64,000 nt of DNA from Octopus sinensis (GCF_006345805.1 NC_042999.1:39804001-39868000); one strand, 5' to 3'. Positions 42,401-57,360 are shown, counted from the stretch's first letter. The notes: generated by a model not told the origin, from the letters alone. A program made the numbers and translations.

Positions 42401-42589
42401 TGACGATATATTAGATATGGCAGGAACTTAATTCAATTAAATTGGTATCACTGTTAATATATATATTTGCTCACCATTACAAAACATTCATACTATGTAC
42501 GTTTAAAACCAGTTAGAGTTATCACCATATATTGCAGTTTCACATGCTCAACATATAAAAAAGTTAACTCAGTTCGCTTCGTACCATGC

Positions 42590-42940
42590 TAGTTGAATGT
42601 AGATGCAAAGAATATCATGCGGCTTGCATGTGCAACTGCACATATCTTGTGCAGCGGAGTCCAAAAACAGAAACAATTCCTATCTTAATAGGCGCATTAG
42701 GTACGATACAAAAATATTCAGACAAATACGTAGCAAAAACACCATGTCTAACAAGTATATATAACATACAGAAAATAGCACTACCAAGCACCGCACATCA
42801 TCCTACGTAAAACCCTTTCGATACAGTAACAATAAGAGCATTACAGAAACCACAGCACATATTCGAAGCACACAGAGCTGCACTCGTTAGTGCAGTTAAA
42901 GCACGTGATAAAATTAAGACTGTTGAATGATAAATATAAA
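42590..42940 (+). mobile_element. R4/Dong-clade 3' end (endonuclease C-terminus plus 3'UTR)
   Basis: TIPILIGALGTIQK...IYNIQKIAL.STAH. Confidence 0.8.
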
Positions 42941-42944
42941 TAGC

Positions 42945-45660
42945 CACAAGAGAAGTTGCTGAAAAATTAGGTGGGATTGGCTGATGGAAGGTACCCTAAA
43001 ACGGAGACCAAGAGCACTCTCCGTACAGCGAAGGACCAAGATCTGGCCACGAACTGGAGAGTCAATCTAAAGGAATGTGCAAGTCTCTCCGCTGTGCCGC
43101 ATCTGTAATAGATTGGATGAAACCATTGCCGATATAACCATTGCTCTAGACTTGTTCAAAACCCAAAAAGTTGTGGCGACACGACCAGGTACTGGAGGTG
43201 CTAAACTGGAAACTGTACGAAAGTGGGGGCTAGAGCGAACATTAAAATGAAAGACGGCAATGAGGAAGTCGAGCGAAATGTAAATGCATTCTCAGCAAAT
43301 GAAACAGAAGTAATGGGAAGAGCTATATCAGAAGACTATGCTGATGAAATGCAAGACATGGTGAGGACGCCGTGTTGATACATTAGAGAAGACCAGGATC
43401 AACCGCCCCCACAAACACGAGTTACATTGACCAGCACAAGATCAAGGTTGAAACCGAAACGATAGATCCGATTCCTAGGCTATACCAAAAGAGAAATGTA
43501 AATAAAAATAACAAGATTATTTTTGGCTGCAGCAATGTTTGTAACAAAGTAAGTTAAAAAGACATTTAGGACAAGTTGATAGATTGAGAAAAGGGGAATT
43601 GCAGAACAAAAGCATAAGAATAATGCTGGAAAGAGCATATAGAATAAGAGATAAAGGTTATGATGTGGTATTGGAAGAAAGAGTAGTAGCAATCAAAGCA
43701 AAACTGGAAAGAGATGACAATAGAAAAAGACAATTCAAGCAAATCAAAAGAAACTGTTTCTGGAACTAGATGGGCAAATGCACATAACGATACCAGATGC
43801 AGAGGAGAGCAAGGCAATCTGGAGAGGAATCTGGGATCAACTTGTAAAGTATAATGTTGAAGCGGATTGGTCTGCATAAAATGCAAGATAAGTTAAGAAA
43901 TATTGAAGTCCAAGAAAACAAAGGTATTTACAGAAATGACAAAAAAGCAGTGAAGAAGATTTTCAAATTGGAAGTGCCCAGTACTGGATAGTCCCGAAGG
44001 TTATTGGATGAGGAAGCTGCGAGGGCTCCATGAAAGGATAGGACAACAGTTAGATGAGTGCTTCTAGGAAATCGCAGTAACCATCTGGATGACAAAGGGA
44101 AAGACAGTGTTCTGGGCCAAGGATCCAGAAAAGCGAAATTTTGCTTCCAACTTTAGACCAATAATATGATTTTTGCTAATGGGGAAAAATGTCTGGTGCT
44201 TTGCCCGGTGAACTGTACAGATACTTGAAAAAAGTGGGCTTCTACCCATTGAACAGAAAGGGGCCTAAAAAGGAGCCTGGAAAAGAAGGATCAGCTCTTA
44301 ATTGATAATTTAATGATGGAGAAGTGCAAAAGAAGACATATGATCCTGTGCATGGCATGGGTTTCTGTCGCAAAGCATACGATATGATAACGTATTCCTG
44401 GATATTGTAAACAATGGAAATGTATGGAGTGGCAGAGAATATGAGAAGCCTTATATGGAATAGCATGAACTATTGGAGAACGCAATTGCCAGCAGGGAAT
44501 CAAGTTCTAGGAGAGGTGAAAATCAAGAGAGGAATCTTCCAAGGGGCACTTTGTCCCCAGTAATTTTCGTGCTTGAGTATAATACTAACGAAAATGAAGT
44601 TGGAGGAAAAGGAAAATTAAATCACTTGCTAATAATTGGCGACCTGAAGCTATTCACAAAACACTGAGGCAGAACTGAACAGTCTAGTCCAGATTTTCTC
44701 AAATGATATTAAGATAGATTTTGGACTCTCAAAATGTGCTACATACCGATGAGACGAAGAAAGCTTGCCAGGACAGAAAGTATATGGTCGTCAAGTGGTG
44801 AAATAATGAAGGCAATTCAACCTCAATCCGAATATAAATACTGGGGAACATTTGATGCAGATGGAATGAAAAACTACCACATGAAGGGAAAGACAAGATG
44901 AGAGTACCTGCGGCGAGTGAGAATAATGCTGGCTTCAGAGATGAATTCCAGTAAGATAATTTCGGCTTCAGAGATGAATGCCAGTAAGATAATTTCGGCA
45001 ATAAATTCAAGTGCACTCGCAGTAATTCGGTATGGCGTTGGAATCGTAAAGTGAACAGAGAAGGAGCTAAAGAAGATAGACAAGAAGTAAAGAAAGCTCG
45101 TAACGATGCATCATCCAGGTGACCACCTATACATGAAGAGAGAAAATGGAGGAAGGGTACTGATAAGTGTGGAAGACTGCGTGCGTATCAAACTCGAGAG
45201 CTTAATGAGATACTTAGCCCAAAGTATGGAAACCTTGTTAGTGACAGTTAGGAACGAGAGAATATTGAAAGCAGAGAAGAAAGGTAAAGGGAGAAGAATT
45301 ACGCAAGAATGGACTACACAATCAATTCCAGTTAGACACAACAGAAGTTGCCGGTAAAAATAGGTGGGATTGTTTGATGAAAGGAACCATAAATTTAGAG
45401 ACTGAGAGCACAATACTGGCAGCGCAGGACGAACCTCTTTCCACGAAATGGACGGTCAACCTGCGGATTGGGCAAGTGTCTCCGCTGTGCCACATCTGCA
45501 GTAGAGTGTATGAAACAATTGCCCATATCACGAAGGAATGCCCTAGACTTGCCCAAAACCACTATAAGTCGTGGTTACACGACCAGGTAGCGAAGGTGCT
45601 ACATTAGAAACTGTGTAAAGTGGTGGCTAGAGAGAGGCAAGACCTGATATAAGCAGAAAC
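42945..45660 (+). mobile_element. Degenerate R4/Dong-clade element(s): RT bracketed by two diverged CCHC-knuckle segments
   Basis: NWKCP; WMTKGKTV...KDP...NFRPI; KDQLLID...KAYD; IKRGIFQG; NHLLIIGDLKLF; LYMKRENGGRVLISVEDC; LAAQDE...CHIC...ETIAHITKECP...LHDQVAKVLH. Confidence 0.88.
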
Positions 45661-45914
45661 CGGAGAGAGTGGCAGAGTCGGAGACTAGTAAAATACTGCC
45701 CACATTCTGAGAAAAACTCTATCCATTTAAATGACTGTGCTGTATCACATGAAGATATTCCACTATTCCTCCTTTCCCCAAGCTTTCAGTTATACGGTAA
45801 CATCACTTATCCTTCATTCACCCTAGGACGCTAGTTGTGTCTCGGCAAGTGACTGTAACAAACATGAAGATCGAATGTAAAAAAAATAACAATGATGATA
45901 ATATCAATTATTTC

Positions 45915-46088
45915 TACTATAAGAACAAGAGCTGGAATTTGTTGGGAGGGGACTAGTCAATTACATCAATCCAAGTGTATCACTGGTACTTAATTTATCG
46001 ACTCCTAAAGGATAAAACGCAATGTCGACCTCGGCGGAATTTGAACTCAGAACGTAAACGGCAGACAAAATAACGCGAAGCATTTCGC
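45915..46088 (-). mobile_element. SINE type B, 5'-truncated
   Basis: actggtacttaatttatcgac...gtcgacctcggcggaatttgaactcagaacgt. Confidence 0.82.
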
Positions 46089-47213
46089 AGCCACTGGCAC
46101 ATGAACCACTAACACTTCACCTACTAGTGGTTTAAATAATATGAAATACTGTTGCCTTACGTTATTGCAAGTCGTATTACAAAATTTTATTGATACAGAT
46201 TTTTCTATCTTTCTCTAACAGTTTGTTTTCAATTAGACACGAAAATATAATGTTTTCTCTCCTGTAAATTTCTTTGATGAATACTAAATTAAATATTGCA
46301 AATTACTTTATAACTTTCACTTAATGAGCTGAAAAATAATCCCAGTCTTTCTCTTTTTTATTTAAATGTTATTATTTTGATTTCCAAATTAGATTTGTAT
46401 ATCGATATTATTTATTGTGATTACTGAAGTATCTAGTTACTCAGCGTCGCATTCTCTCTAACGCATAGATGTTATATTATCATATATTTAGTTCTGAAAT
46501 CTTCTTTTGCTGCATTATAATATAATTGTCCTTACAATATCAAATTTATGTAATAAATTATGAATAAGGAGAGATTTCTGAAGCATTGTTAAACGCAATC
46601 AAATACATAAGATCGAATGATACAAAGAAAATTTTCAGTTATGAGTGCTACAGCAGTTGAAGAAAGACGTATACACATGTATCACGAGAATGGGAATGTA
46701 ATATGTATATTGTAATATAATCGCGCATACATATGAGACATAATGTATGAGTCTGATTCGCAAAACGTAAAATATTGATTTTAAATCCCAACATAAAATT
46801 TGCCATAAAATCAAATACATAAGAGATAAAAGCTTTCTGCATCAGTTTATTCGAAGTATCTAGACTTCCAGTCTGACAAATTAATTATCCAGCTTTAACA
46901 GTTAGTGATGACTATATATTGTTCATTGTCTGAACAATCCAATCTCTTCATCATATCAAATAGGCATTGTATTAAAATTATATGGTATAATGTCTCCAGG
47001 GAAACTTCAAATTCAGGCTCACTTACCCATTTACATTTACTTGTACTGTGATCACACAGCTATATTCACCGCATGCATTCATGCAAGTATACATACATTT
47101 ACGAACATGTGTGTATGCCCGTTAAAGTTTATCTGTGCGTATGTATATACATATATATATATATATGTGTGTGTGTGTCTACAGATATATGCTTGTGTGT
47201 GTCTGTATATATA

Positions 47214-47303
<90 letters not shown>

Positions 47304-47419
47304 ATGAATGGATGGATGCATCTATGTACGTATGTATACACGCACAGGTATATAAATATATACATATTGAAACAGTTATAGAATATGAGATAGACTGATA
47401 CATGAACAGAAACAGACGG

Positions 47420-47457
47420 CCAGATAGATAGATAGATAAATAGGTAGATAGATAGAG

Positions 47458-47490
<33 letters not shown>

Positions 47491-47584
47491 TATATATATA
47501 TAGATAGATAGACAGACAGAAAGACAGACAGACATACAGTCGGACAGACGGATAGACAGACAGACGGACATTAGATAGATAGGT

Positions 47585-47652
<68 letters not shown>

Positions 47653-47682
47653 AGATAGATAGATATATATATATATAGATAG

Positions 47683-47774
<92 letters not shown>

Positions 47775-47825
47775 GTAGGTAGGTAGATAGATAGATACAT
47801 AAATAGATACATAGATAGACAGACT
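47420..47825. repeat. Compound (GATA)n/(GACA)n/(TA)n/(GA)n microsatellite
   Basis: Direct reading; source of the 227-aa and 208-aa LSIY pseudo-ORFs. Confidence 0.95.
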
Positions 47826-49429
47826 GATGTACCGAAATGAAAATGTAAGAACCCGAAGATATAATATTGATTGATGACATAACTACGAACTAATGCTATA
47901 ATAAAATGGATCGGAAATGCTATATTACTGTAACCTACTTTATTGATCCTACATCTACAAAAGAAAATTAAAGGAAATTAATAAAATATTCGTTGATTCG
48001 AGTTCCGGATACCCGGGCATGAACTTATATACTTCATTACGATTTCTCTTTCGTCAACCTATTTGTGCCGTTTGTAATGTTTTTAAAATTTGCAATATAT
48101 CTTTCACTCTTTAGGGTAATGGAGTACCACAGTAATAGAATACTGAACTCTTTTCTAATATTGTGTCGTGTCCTCTTAGAACCCGAGTTCAGATATATGT
48201 CCAGGTTTAACTTTGTCTTTGATTTCACCAGAGTCAATCAATAATAGATTGGTTACATTCAGTTTATTATATTCATGTGCAAATTTATATCCTCTTTACG
48301 TTTTGATATTTCTACCGTAATTGTTCTCGAACAGAATGCCAATAAACATATAATAATATAAATGTCTTCTTTCCACATGGAATTTTATTTCGATTTTCTT
48401 CAGTGAGAATCTGATTACATCTCACTGAAGAATATTATTAACTCATAAGTTAATATTATTAACTTAGTATTTATGAGAAAACCAGAAAGGTCGCTATGGC
48501 AGAACGCAGAGTTATTCATACAAATGCGAACTGCATTATGAAAATGACAAATCGGTTATGAAATAACGAAATGAAAAGCTTACTGCCTTGATGAAGAAAA
48601 CCACATGACAAAATGCAATATACTGGAAATCTGTATCTGCATATTCTTCACAACACGAGTATTTTAAGATTTGTACAAATAAAATGTCCAGTTACAATAG
48701 TATACTACGTTAAACAGTCGTATGATATATGTATCTGCTTAGATTAGTAATTCCACATAATCTTCACAGATCTTGCGCTCATGAAGACATAGCTATTGCG
48801 ATGCTTCAATGGAAACTGAAGTTATAAAGGTAAAAACCATTCCCCATTGGAACCTAATACTAATTGTTCTACAACTACTGAGATAGAGAAAATATATATG
48901 TATTTACGTCAGATGTTTAACCTAGAATGAACAGGACGTCACCCGTTTTAAAATGCAATAGGTTTTCTGAATGCGAACTGCCCAGATGTAAGAATTCGAC
49001 ATATACTTGTTTTCTGTAGCTAAAGCTTTTGCCTTTCATAGATTAAAATCATCACCATCAAATATTCCTCAATTACAAAGTTCAACACGCTAAACCTGAT
49101 TTGTAACTTCTTTCCTGCTAAATGCATGTATTGACGCTGCGGGTTGCTAATTTGAAGGAGCAGAAGCTATTCATTATATTTGCAAAAGAAACAGAAGTAT
49201 CACAAGACGTTATGCTATAAGAAGTATTGTTTCCGCTTGCGGACACAATGTACGTGTAGTTTGCGCATGGCATTGTTGAACAGGATACTTTTGTTCAGTC
49301 GATTAATATGAAATGCTCGATATCATCTGTAAAGTATTAAATCGGGTTGATATATTTTAATGGATGCATCCAAAATAGCACTAATAATTATATATATTTA
49401 TAATATATTTATAATCTATATATATATTG

Positions 49430-49700
49430 TTAATCCAAACATAAACAAAGAGAAAACACAACAACGCGAGTACGTGGAACAAGTATAGTGTTATTGGATG
49501 CTCAGGAAAGGAAAGAAAGAAGGAGGATTTAACGTTTCGAGCGGATCTCTTCGTCAGAAACATAGAAACAGGAAAGGTTCAAAGAAGGGAAGACGGAGTA
49601 AGAAAATCGCCAACGATACACACGCAGTCACATATTGAAGAACCGGATGGGAATAGTTGAAGAAAAAGTTCTTTCAAAGGCAGGAGAGTGCAAGAGAAGG
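49430..49700 (-). mobile_element. PLE family A copy with an intact-core minimal HHR (49527-49561)
   Basis: gttt-CTGACGA-agagatccgctc-GAAA-cgtt-aaat. Confidence 0.7.
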
Positions 49701-52294
49701 ACGTATGTGTGGGCATGTGCATGCGTGCGTCTCTATGTGTGTGTGCGTGTAATGATAGCACGTGTGTCTGTGTGTGTGCGTGCATGTGTTGTTGGGCTTA
49801 CTATCGTTTAAGGTCATAGGAAGAATTTATAGTAGCTGTGGCTCCTGTTGTGTGTTTACCTACATATGTGCGTAGAAGAATGGTCAGTGGAATGTACTGG
49901 TAGTATATATATATATATATATGCGCTTATGTGTATGTATGTGTGAGTGACTGTGTCGTGTGTGTCTGTGTGCCTGTGTGTCTGTGTGTGTATGTGTGAA
50001 TGTCTATGTATATGTAAATGTATGTATAAATATATACGATACGAGACGCAGCAGGAACAGCCTCTTTATGGTTAGGGACCAAGAGAGAGGAGTTTAGCTG
50101 GAAACCAGGTGGAGATGGTGAGTAGTGATTTGGTCACTTCATCTGTCCTACAAACGGGGAGGTGTTACGGTTCAGAGTCGAACCAGTCTCTAATCGTTGG
50201 ATGCCGCTTGATGGCATCAATTCCGCTTTGCTAAATTTCCGTTCACTTTGCTGCATAGCAAAGAAGCACCTTCTAGAGTTTATCTATATTATGTGTGCGT
50301 GAGTCTTTGTGTGTGTGTGTGTGTGTTTGTGTTCGTCCGTGCGTATGTGTCTGTATATATGTGTGTATGTACATATTAGTGCTTTCATTGATAGAGCTAG
50401 AATGGGCGTAAAGGGAAGCTGGAACTGAGACCCCACTGTCCAATAAAAGGATTTCACATCGTTCGGACAAAATGATTCCCTCTCCAAATGTTACTTACAA
50501 ACTATGCGTCCTAGCAGAAATAAGGGGTCGGTGTTTTGGCAAGTACTGGTTCTTGTAGCTTGTCTACTATCTGATATATTCCTTATTTGAATATGTAGCG
50601 ATAAAGGATAGGGGTTTCTATTGTTGTTTCAAGCGGGAAAATTGTAATGAATATACATGAAGCAAGTAAAGACTCAGAAAATATCGGCTAACACTTCCAC
50701 TAGTGAGCCATAGAGATAAGAGTATATTTTACAATAGTTGTAATATCATATACAACATATTGTATTAAGCATTCTCGTTATATTGACGCACTATATGTGA
50801 GAGTGTGTACGTGTGTGTGTAAAATTGCTGTTAAGTGTGTTTTGCTTGTATGTGCGAATGTGAATGTGTGTGTGTGAGAGAGAGGGTGTGAATGTATGTG
50901 TGTGTCTAAGCGTGTGAGTGCCCGCCCAAACATTTATGTATGTATGTATATATATATATATATATAGTGCATAATAGTAAACAATAGCGTCATGTGTGTA
51001 TTTGCTTACCAGTATTCTAGTGCAAATTAATATGGATTTCCATTTTCGTGACACCTTGTGCATGAGACAACTGACGATACACACAATCAACATCCAGAAA
51101 TCAAAAAGGTTTTAATTGAATTTTGCCTATTGTTACCAAAACTTTAATTCTCACAAGTCATGACATATAAGAGCCACGATACTTGTGACATATTGTTCGT
51201 GATGTCGAGTTCGTGACTTCAGCCAGGTTACTTTATAATGCTATAGTAAATGATACATTTGGGGGAAAAGCAAGAATCAAAAGTGAAGAAATGTACGTAA
51301 AATAATATGCTTAGAAGAACATAATGTAGTCAACAGAAAAATTACGTCTATTTAATCTATTAAAAGCAATGTACTTATACACGGTATCTAGTAAGGGGTT
51401 TCTTGTTACTGATATGTAACTGTACATGTGAATGTCAATGGTGCACCTTCTTTTCCTGCGTATGATCTATAAACTCTACCACATGATAATAATTTGTATT
51501 ACTAGAGTTCTATATTTTCGAAGTATATATGAATAGATATCTAAGCTTTATTCAGAATGATAAAAGTGATCACAAAATGTTCACATTTTGTTTACCACTT
51601 AATGCTTAGCGTCAAGATTTATAAATATTTTATATTAGATATCTGTAAATTAATAATGCATTTAGTAAACTGTATTGTTTTTGTTGCTTTCAGGATTTTC
51701 CAAAATTTTCGCTACTTCTACTGCTGTATATCTTCGAATCATAAATTATATCGCATACTTTTCCTCGATCATACGTACACATTTCCTGCATACTTAATGT
51801 ATTTCTGTTTATTTAGGTAATATAATGTGCTTCCGATTTCCATTTTCTCTTTTATTTTTTCTTTCCAAATCGTTTCTCCTAATTCTTGCTCGTTTACTCT
51901 TATCTATAACATCATGACCATTATAATATTATTTTTTTTCTTGTCTTTTTAGTCTTGTCTTTTTTCCATTTTTATATTCCGTATATTTTACTTTCTATAT
52001 GTGTTAGGTAAATATTACACAAAATTACTATTTGCAATCCATTTTCCTAGGAACCAAACTTCTCAATTAAGATCACTCAATATTTGCTTACTGTAATCTA
52101 AACATGTCATATATGACACAATTTGAATATCATAATTATATTTGAGAGGGAAAAAATTATATATTACAAAACAAATATTTTTAGAAGCGTGCAGAAGAGC
52201 GAGCCATTTGATATTTCAATGTAGAGGAAATGGACTTGCGGAGACAAAAAGTAGGGTTAAAATATTCCTGAATCACAATATGCGGATGTTTGTT

Positions 52295-52400
52295 AGCATG
52301 TATGTATGTATGTATGTATGTATGTATGTATGTATGTATGTATGTATGTATGTATTTATGTATGTATGTATGTATGCATGTATGTATGCATGTATGTATC
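52295..52400. repeat. (TATG)n microsatellite
   Basis: Direct reading. Confidence 0.95.
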
Positions 52401-52534
52401 TATGTCTATGAGGGTATATATGTATTTATGTGTGTAAGTATGTATGTGTGTGCATGCGTGTATGTTTGTAACTGTCTACTTATTTGTTACTGTCCCTCTC
52501 TTTCTGGATCTTTGCATATATATACATATAAGCA

Positions 52535-52579
<45 letters not shown>

Positions 52580-52757
52580 TTATTAAATTTTATGTATTGA
52601 TTAAGTCTTTCCTTGTTTGTTTTGCAAAATAGTGGTTTTGTCTCAAATAATATTTTATATATATATATATATATATTACAAACATACACGCATGCACACA
52701 TACATACATGCACACATAAATACATATATACCCACATATATACATATATATATATGT

Positions 52758-52824
<67 letters not shown>

Positions 52825-53560
52825 GTGTGTGTGTGTGTATAGACAGTTTCCGTTGGCTTATTGCTTCGAATTTAGCACATGTGCTTGTGACTTCTTGAGT
52901 GGTGAGACGATTTAGTGTCTATTTCTCAGCATATAGGCTAGGAATGATTCTTTCTATGGCCTTATGTGATATATATATATAGCAAATAAGAAAGTGGAAA
53001 TAATATGAAATCGACAGATATGAGACGGTAAACATTCCGGTACGTCTATTTATTCCAATGTATTGGATTGATATACACACATGTATCAACTCGATGCATA
53101 GGAATAAATAGACATACTGGAATGTTTACCGGCTGATGTCTGACGATGCCATATCCTCTCCACTTTCGCATTTGCCGTATGAATCAAGGGTAAACCATGT
53201 CTTACACCTGCCCGTATACTCCATTGTGCCCCTATACCATAATACTCAATAGTGAGTTTGCCACGCAATAACACCCACTTGGGTATAAATAACTGAGTAG
53301 ACTACTAGCAGTATATTGGATAGGTACTATCCTTTAGGTGGTTCTCAACCTCGATTTGCATATTTATCTATCCATAAATGCATATATCTCAGTAAAATTA
53401 TATGTACGTATACATATATATGTATATACGTATAAAATGCATGCACACAATAAATACAAATTGATAGAAAGATAGATAGATAGTTAGAGAGATTTGAGGA
53501 TATTCCTGGAACATCAGTTACCTTTATGACGATTTATTGTTAGGTATCATAAAAGATTGA

Positions 53561-53900
53561 ATGCATGGCTCAGTGGTTAGAGCGTCGAGCTTACGATCGT
53601 GAGGTTGTGAGCTCGAATCCCGGACCGGGCTGCGTGTCGTGTTCTTGAGCAAGGCACTTTATTTCAGGTTGCTCCAGTTCACTCAGCTGTAGAAATGAGT
53701 TGCGACGTCACTGGTGCCAAACTGTATCGACCTTTGTCTTTCCCTTGGATAACACTGGTGGCGTGGAGGGGGGAGGCTGGTATGCATGGGCGACTGCTGG
53801 TCTTCCATAAACAACCTTGCCCGGACTTGTGTCTAGGAGGGTAACTTTCTAGGTGCAATCCCATGGTCATTCATGACCGAAGGGGGTCTTTACTTACTTA
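53561..53900 (+). mobile_element. Full-length tRNA-derived SINE type C with a (tact)n tail
   Basis: A box tggctcagtggttag, B-box-like gctcgaatccc, central ttcttgagcaaggcacttt...ttcactcagctgtagaaatgag box, tail ttacttacttac. Confidence 0.88.
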
Positions 53901-55590
53901 CTTACAAGTTATTTTAGCACAATATCGGTGGTATTTTTGCTATGTCCCTTATCACGAGAGTGTTCAATGACGTAATCTGTATTAGGTTCGTCGTAAACTC
54001 AAGAAACTACCTCATGTCACATGCATCAACATCCATCTCCCAGCAAAGTGAATGTGATCAACTCGACCCCATGTATCTGCCTCGGCTCCCCAATGAAGTC
54101 GACGGTACATGACAACACTTGCAGGAATAATATGCGCCGCAATATTCGGAACAGAGGAAGATGAGTGTAGCAATGGATTACCGTCCACCGTTCTTTCAAA
54201 GTGTTACATCTATACTAATTGGATATTCTTACTGATTCTCGACAATTTCTTTTTTTTTATGTTTTTGTATAGCACCTTGTGTAGGATCCAGTGTTTTCAA
54301 ACGAAATCATATTAAGCTGACCTACTCCGTCACACCTAAAGTGGCCAGAATTATATCGGCGTCTAATAAGGGGACGTTTATTAGATTATGTGTCTGCATA
54401 TTTCTGGGTGGGAACTGGATGGATCTCAAAGCACTTCAAAGTGAGCCCAATTACATTTACGCACGTTCTGATTAGTTATGATTAGTAGCTTTCAATGCAT
54501 ATAATTAGCTTAGAATACACTTTAAACATTACATAATTATATATAATTAGAATAAATAAATACCGTTTTACTGATAAAGAAATTCAACGATAATATATGC
54601 TTTCTTAAAATGTTTATAGCAATATTTATGTAATACATAAATTTCGTACGTGTTATAGTTATTATTTTTTTGTTGTAGATCTACAGGTTCGAAGTATTCT
54701 GAATCCTCAATAAAAAATATATTTTAGGTAGAACTTCTTTTTCGATGATTTTGTTATTATTATAGTAAATATAATACATATTTATCTCTGGGTAATGGGC
54801 GCCTTGTTTATCACGTGACTTTTCAGTATAAATGCTTAAGTACACTTATTTGGGTTTAATCTTCAGTAATTCGCCAGCAGATAAGTCATGTTTTTTTTAA
54901 TTTATTCTAAACAATATCGGCATACGTCCTTTATTAACTGCATACACTAACTCATATTTACATTTATTTACCTTCTCCATAAAGAATTAATCATGTTCAC
55001 AATAATACTCTATTCGAATTTTTTAATTCGTAACTCTTAATAATATTAATGTATTTAACTTAGGGATTACATTACAGATTTTGGTTCTTTATATATATTT
55101 TTATTCCTTATCATATCATGAGGTAAGTTAAACTTTTAGTTTTTATGTTTTGTTTTAGGAATTTGACCTGAGGAGTGAATGCTTTTAGGAGTAAAATCCT
55201 TTTTCCGTTCAAATGAACTTGGATATGGTTTTCTTATACGATTTTATATAGTCTTAATTCAGCCATGAAACGCACGTAGTCGATGTAAAAGTACTTACTT
55301 TTATACATTATATTATTGTATTACTTTTTTTTGTTCAATTTACACGTTATTTGATTTTAGATTAATATTTTTATAATGAATGTTTCTGTGTATGGTATTC
55401 ACTGTGATTTTAAAATATTTGCTCTTATATATTATATGATTGTAATAATCTTACTGTTCAATATTATATATTATAAAAAAAAATTAGATTAGTATTTTGT
55501 ATGGTATATGTCACAGCATGGTTTTGGGCGGATTCTTCATTGACTGAGTTGTGGGATGGTGGTTCGTCTCTAAATTAGTTATATATATAT

Positions 55591-55641
<51 letters not shown>

Positions 55642-56056
55642 TATATATATATATATATATATGTATAGCATCACAGTGGCGATTAACTTTATTGGTTAGT
55701 ATTGTTATAGTCTTTTCTCTTCGGGAGATTTTGCAACTAGTTAGTTTGTTTGTTGCAGATCAGTGACTGATGGCCGCTTTGTTTGCAATATATTGCTGCC
55801 TGGAGAGCTCCCAGGCCCTCCCTCCATGGCGATCGCGTGCTCACTACTGAAGAGGAGCCAACCAGCTAGAAAGTGAGTCAGTCTCTCAATCCTGTTATCT
55901 GCTTGAATATGGTATGGGTTTTGCTCTCCTGCTAGCAGTATCTATGTACAGGGCGCAGGTTGCACAGATAACCAGGTGACAGAATAGCTCCGAGGAGTTA
56001 AACTATCAATATCATGGAACAGTCACTGGTGATTTACCTTACTGGTATAAATACGT

Positions 56057-56186
<130 letters not shown>

Positions 56187-56814
56187 CACACACATTTATA
56201 TATATATACACACATATATATACATATATATATATATATTATATATATATATGTATGTATGTATGTATATATACACAAGCCATATATGCGTATGCAAATA
56301 ATACACACACACATACATGCATATACAGAGAGATATAAAATATGTTTGGAACACACAACGGTATGAGTTTATGTGGGAAGAATTCACTTTCAATAATTCT
56401 CATGTTTCATAATTGCCTCATAAAATGTTTATTAAATATTATGTAATCTACTTCAAATAGCGTGATGTTCAGTGAATGTAGACGAGAAAATATTTCTTAG
56501 TTGAAGCGGTTATAGTAAATGATAACGCCTGTTTTGTGATATTATTATTAAATCTTTTGCGTTCGCAATAGGGTTCAAATTTACTTGATATATGTTGTTT
56601 ACTTAATGGAAGTGCATCTCTTATTGGATAAGAATAAATTGAAGAAATTTGTATATGATTGCATGGTATCTCAGCTTCAATAAATTGTAATGTGCGTTCT
56701 TACTAAATTTATGTAATACACAGTCATGAGGATATGGACCAACATTCACATACACAAACACTTGTTTGTCTATATGTAGATATGAATGATATATATATAT
56801 ATATATATATATAG

Positions 56815-57327
56815 GGTTAAAATATGAAAAATCAACGAAAATGCACCTTGCAAATAGAAAAAAAGGCTATTTATTACAGGTAACGACAAATATATACATT
56901 TAGATTGACTGAGGTAGTAATATGAGTCATAAAAGTCATTATCAGATGATTATAAGATGATAATAAAGTAAGAGAACAAAACGAACCATGGTTTACGCAG
57001 AACTATTCATCGTTTGAACAACAGATTCATTACAGATATAGGGTGAAAGATAACTAATTTAATAAAATCAACAAATTTAACCTAGTGGTTTTTCAGTATG
57101 GAAAAGGACCATATTCGGTAAAAATTTATACAAAAAGTTTTTGTATATATAATTATAACAATAAGGTTTTTGCAACAAGTTGCTTGACCACATACCGAAA
57201 ATTTTAGAAATAGCAGCCAAAGGGCTACTATTTCCTTTTTCTACAAAAATATGTCTCCACAGACAACAATATTTGTAATTCACACATGCAACTTGTTGCA
57301 AAAACCTTATTGTTATAATTATATATA
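56815..57327. mobile_element. (TA)n-embedded element with perfect 40-bp inverted arms (57144-57183 / 57288-57327) and a left tail
   Basis: tatatataattataacaataaggtttttgcaacaagttgc and its exact reverse complement. No HHR recognised. Confidence 0.55.
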
Positions 57328-57360
57328 TATATTATATATATATATATATAATTATAATAT

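Noticed and set aside
48396-48490. 13-bp hairpin plus an AT palindrome with CTGAAGA...GAAA
   Set aside because: Helices I and III cannot be placed in register; short AT-rich palindromes are expected by chance.
48770-48829. Possible 60-nt exon (ttcacag|...|gtaaaa) encoding METEVIK
   Set aside because: Stops occur in all three frames before or within it, the donor is weak, and there are no linked exons or homology; it needs RNA-seq.
51010-51093. Minus-strand MLIVCIVSC...RIL followed by a GTAAGC donor
   Set aside because: No recognisable protein family, acceptor or partner exon.
53561-53640. tRNA-like sequence (also at 5951, 29786 and 33635)
   Set aside because: The heads run straight into SINE bodies and tails, and the acceptor stems are not intact; these are SINEs, not tRNA genes.
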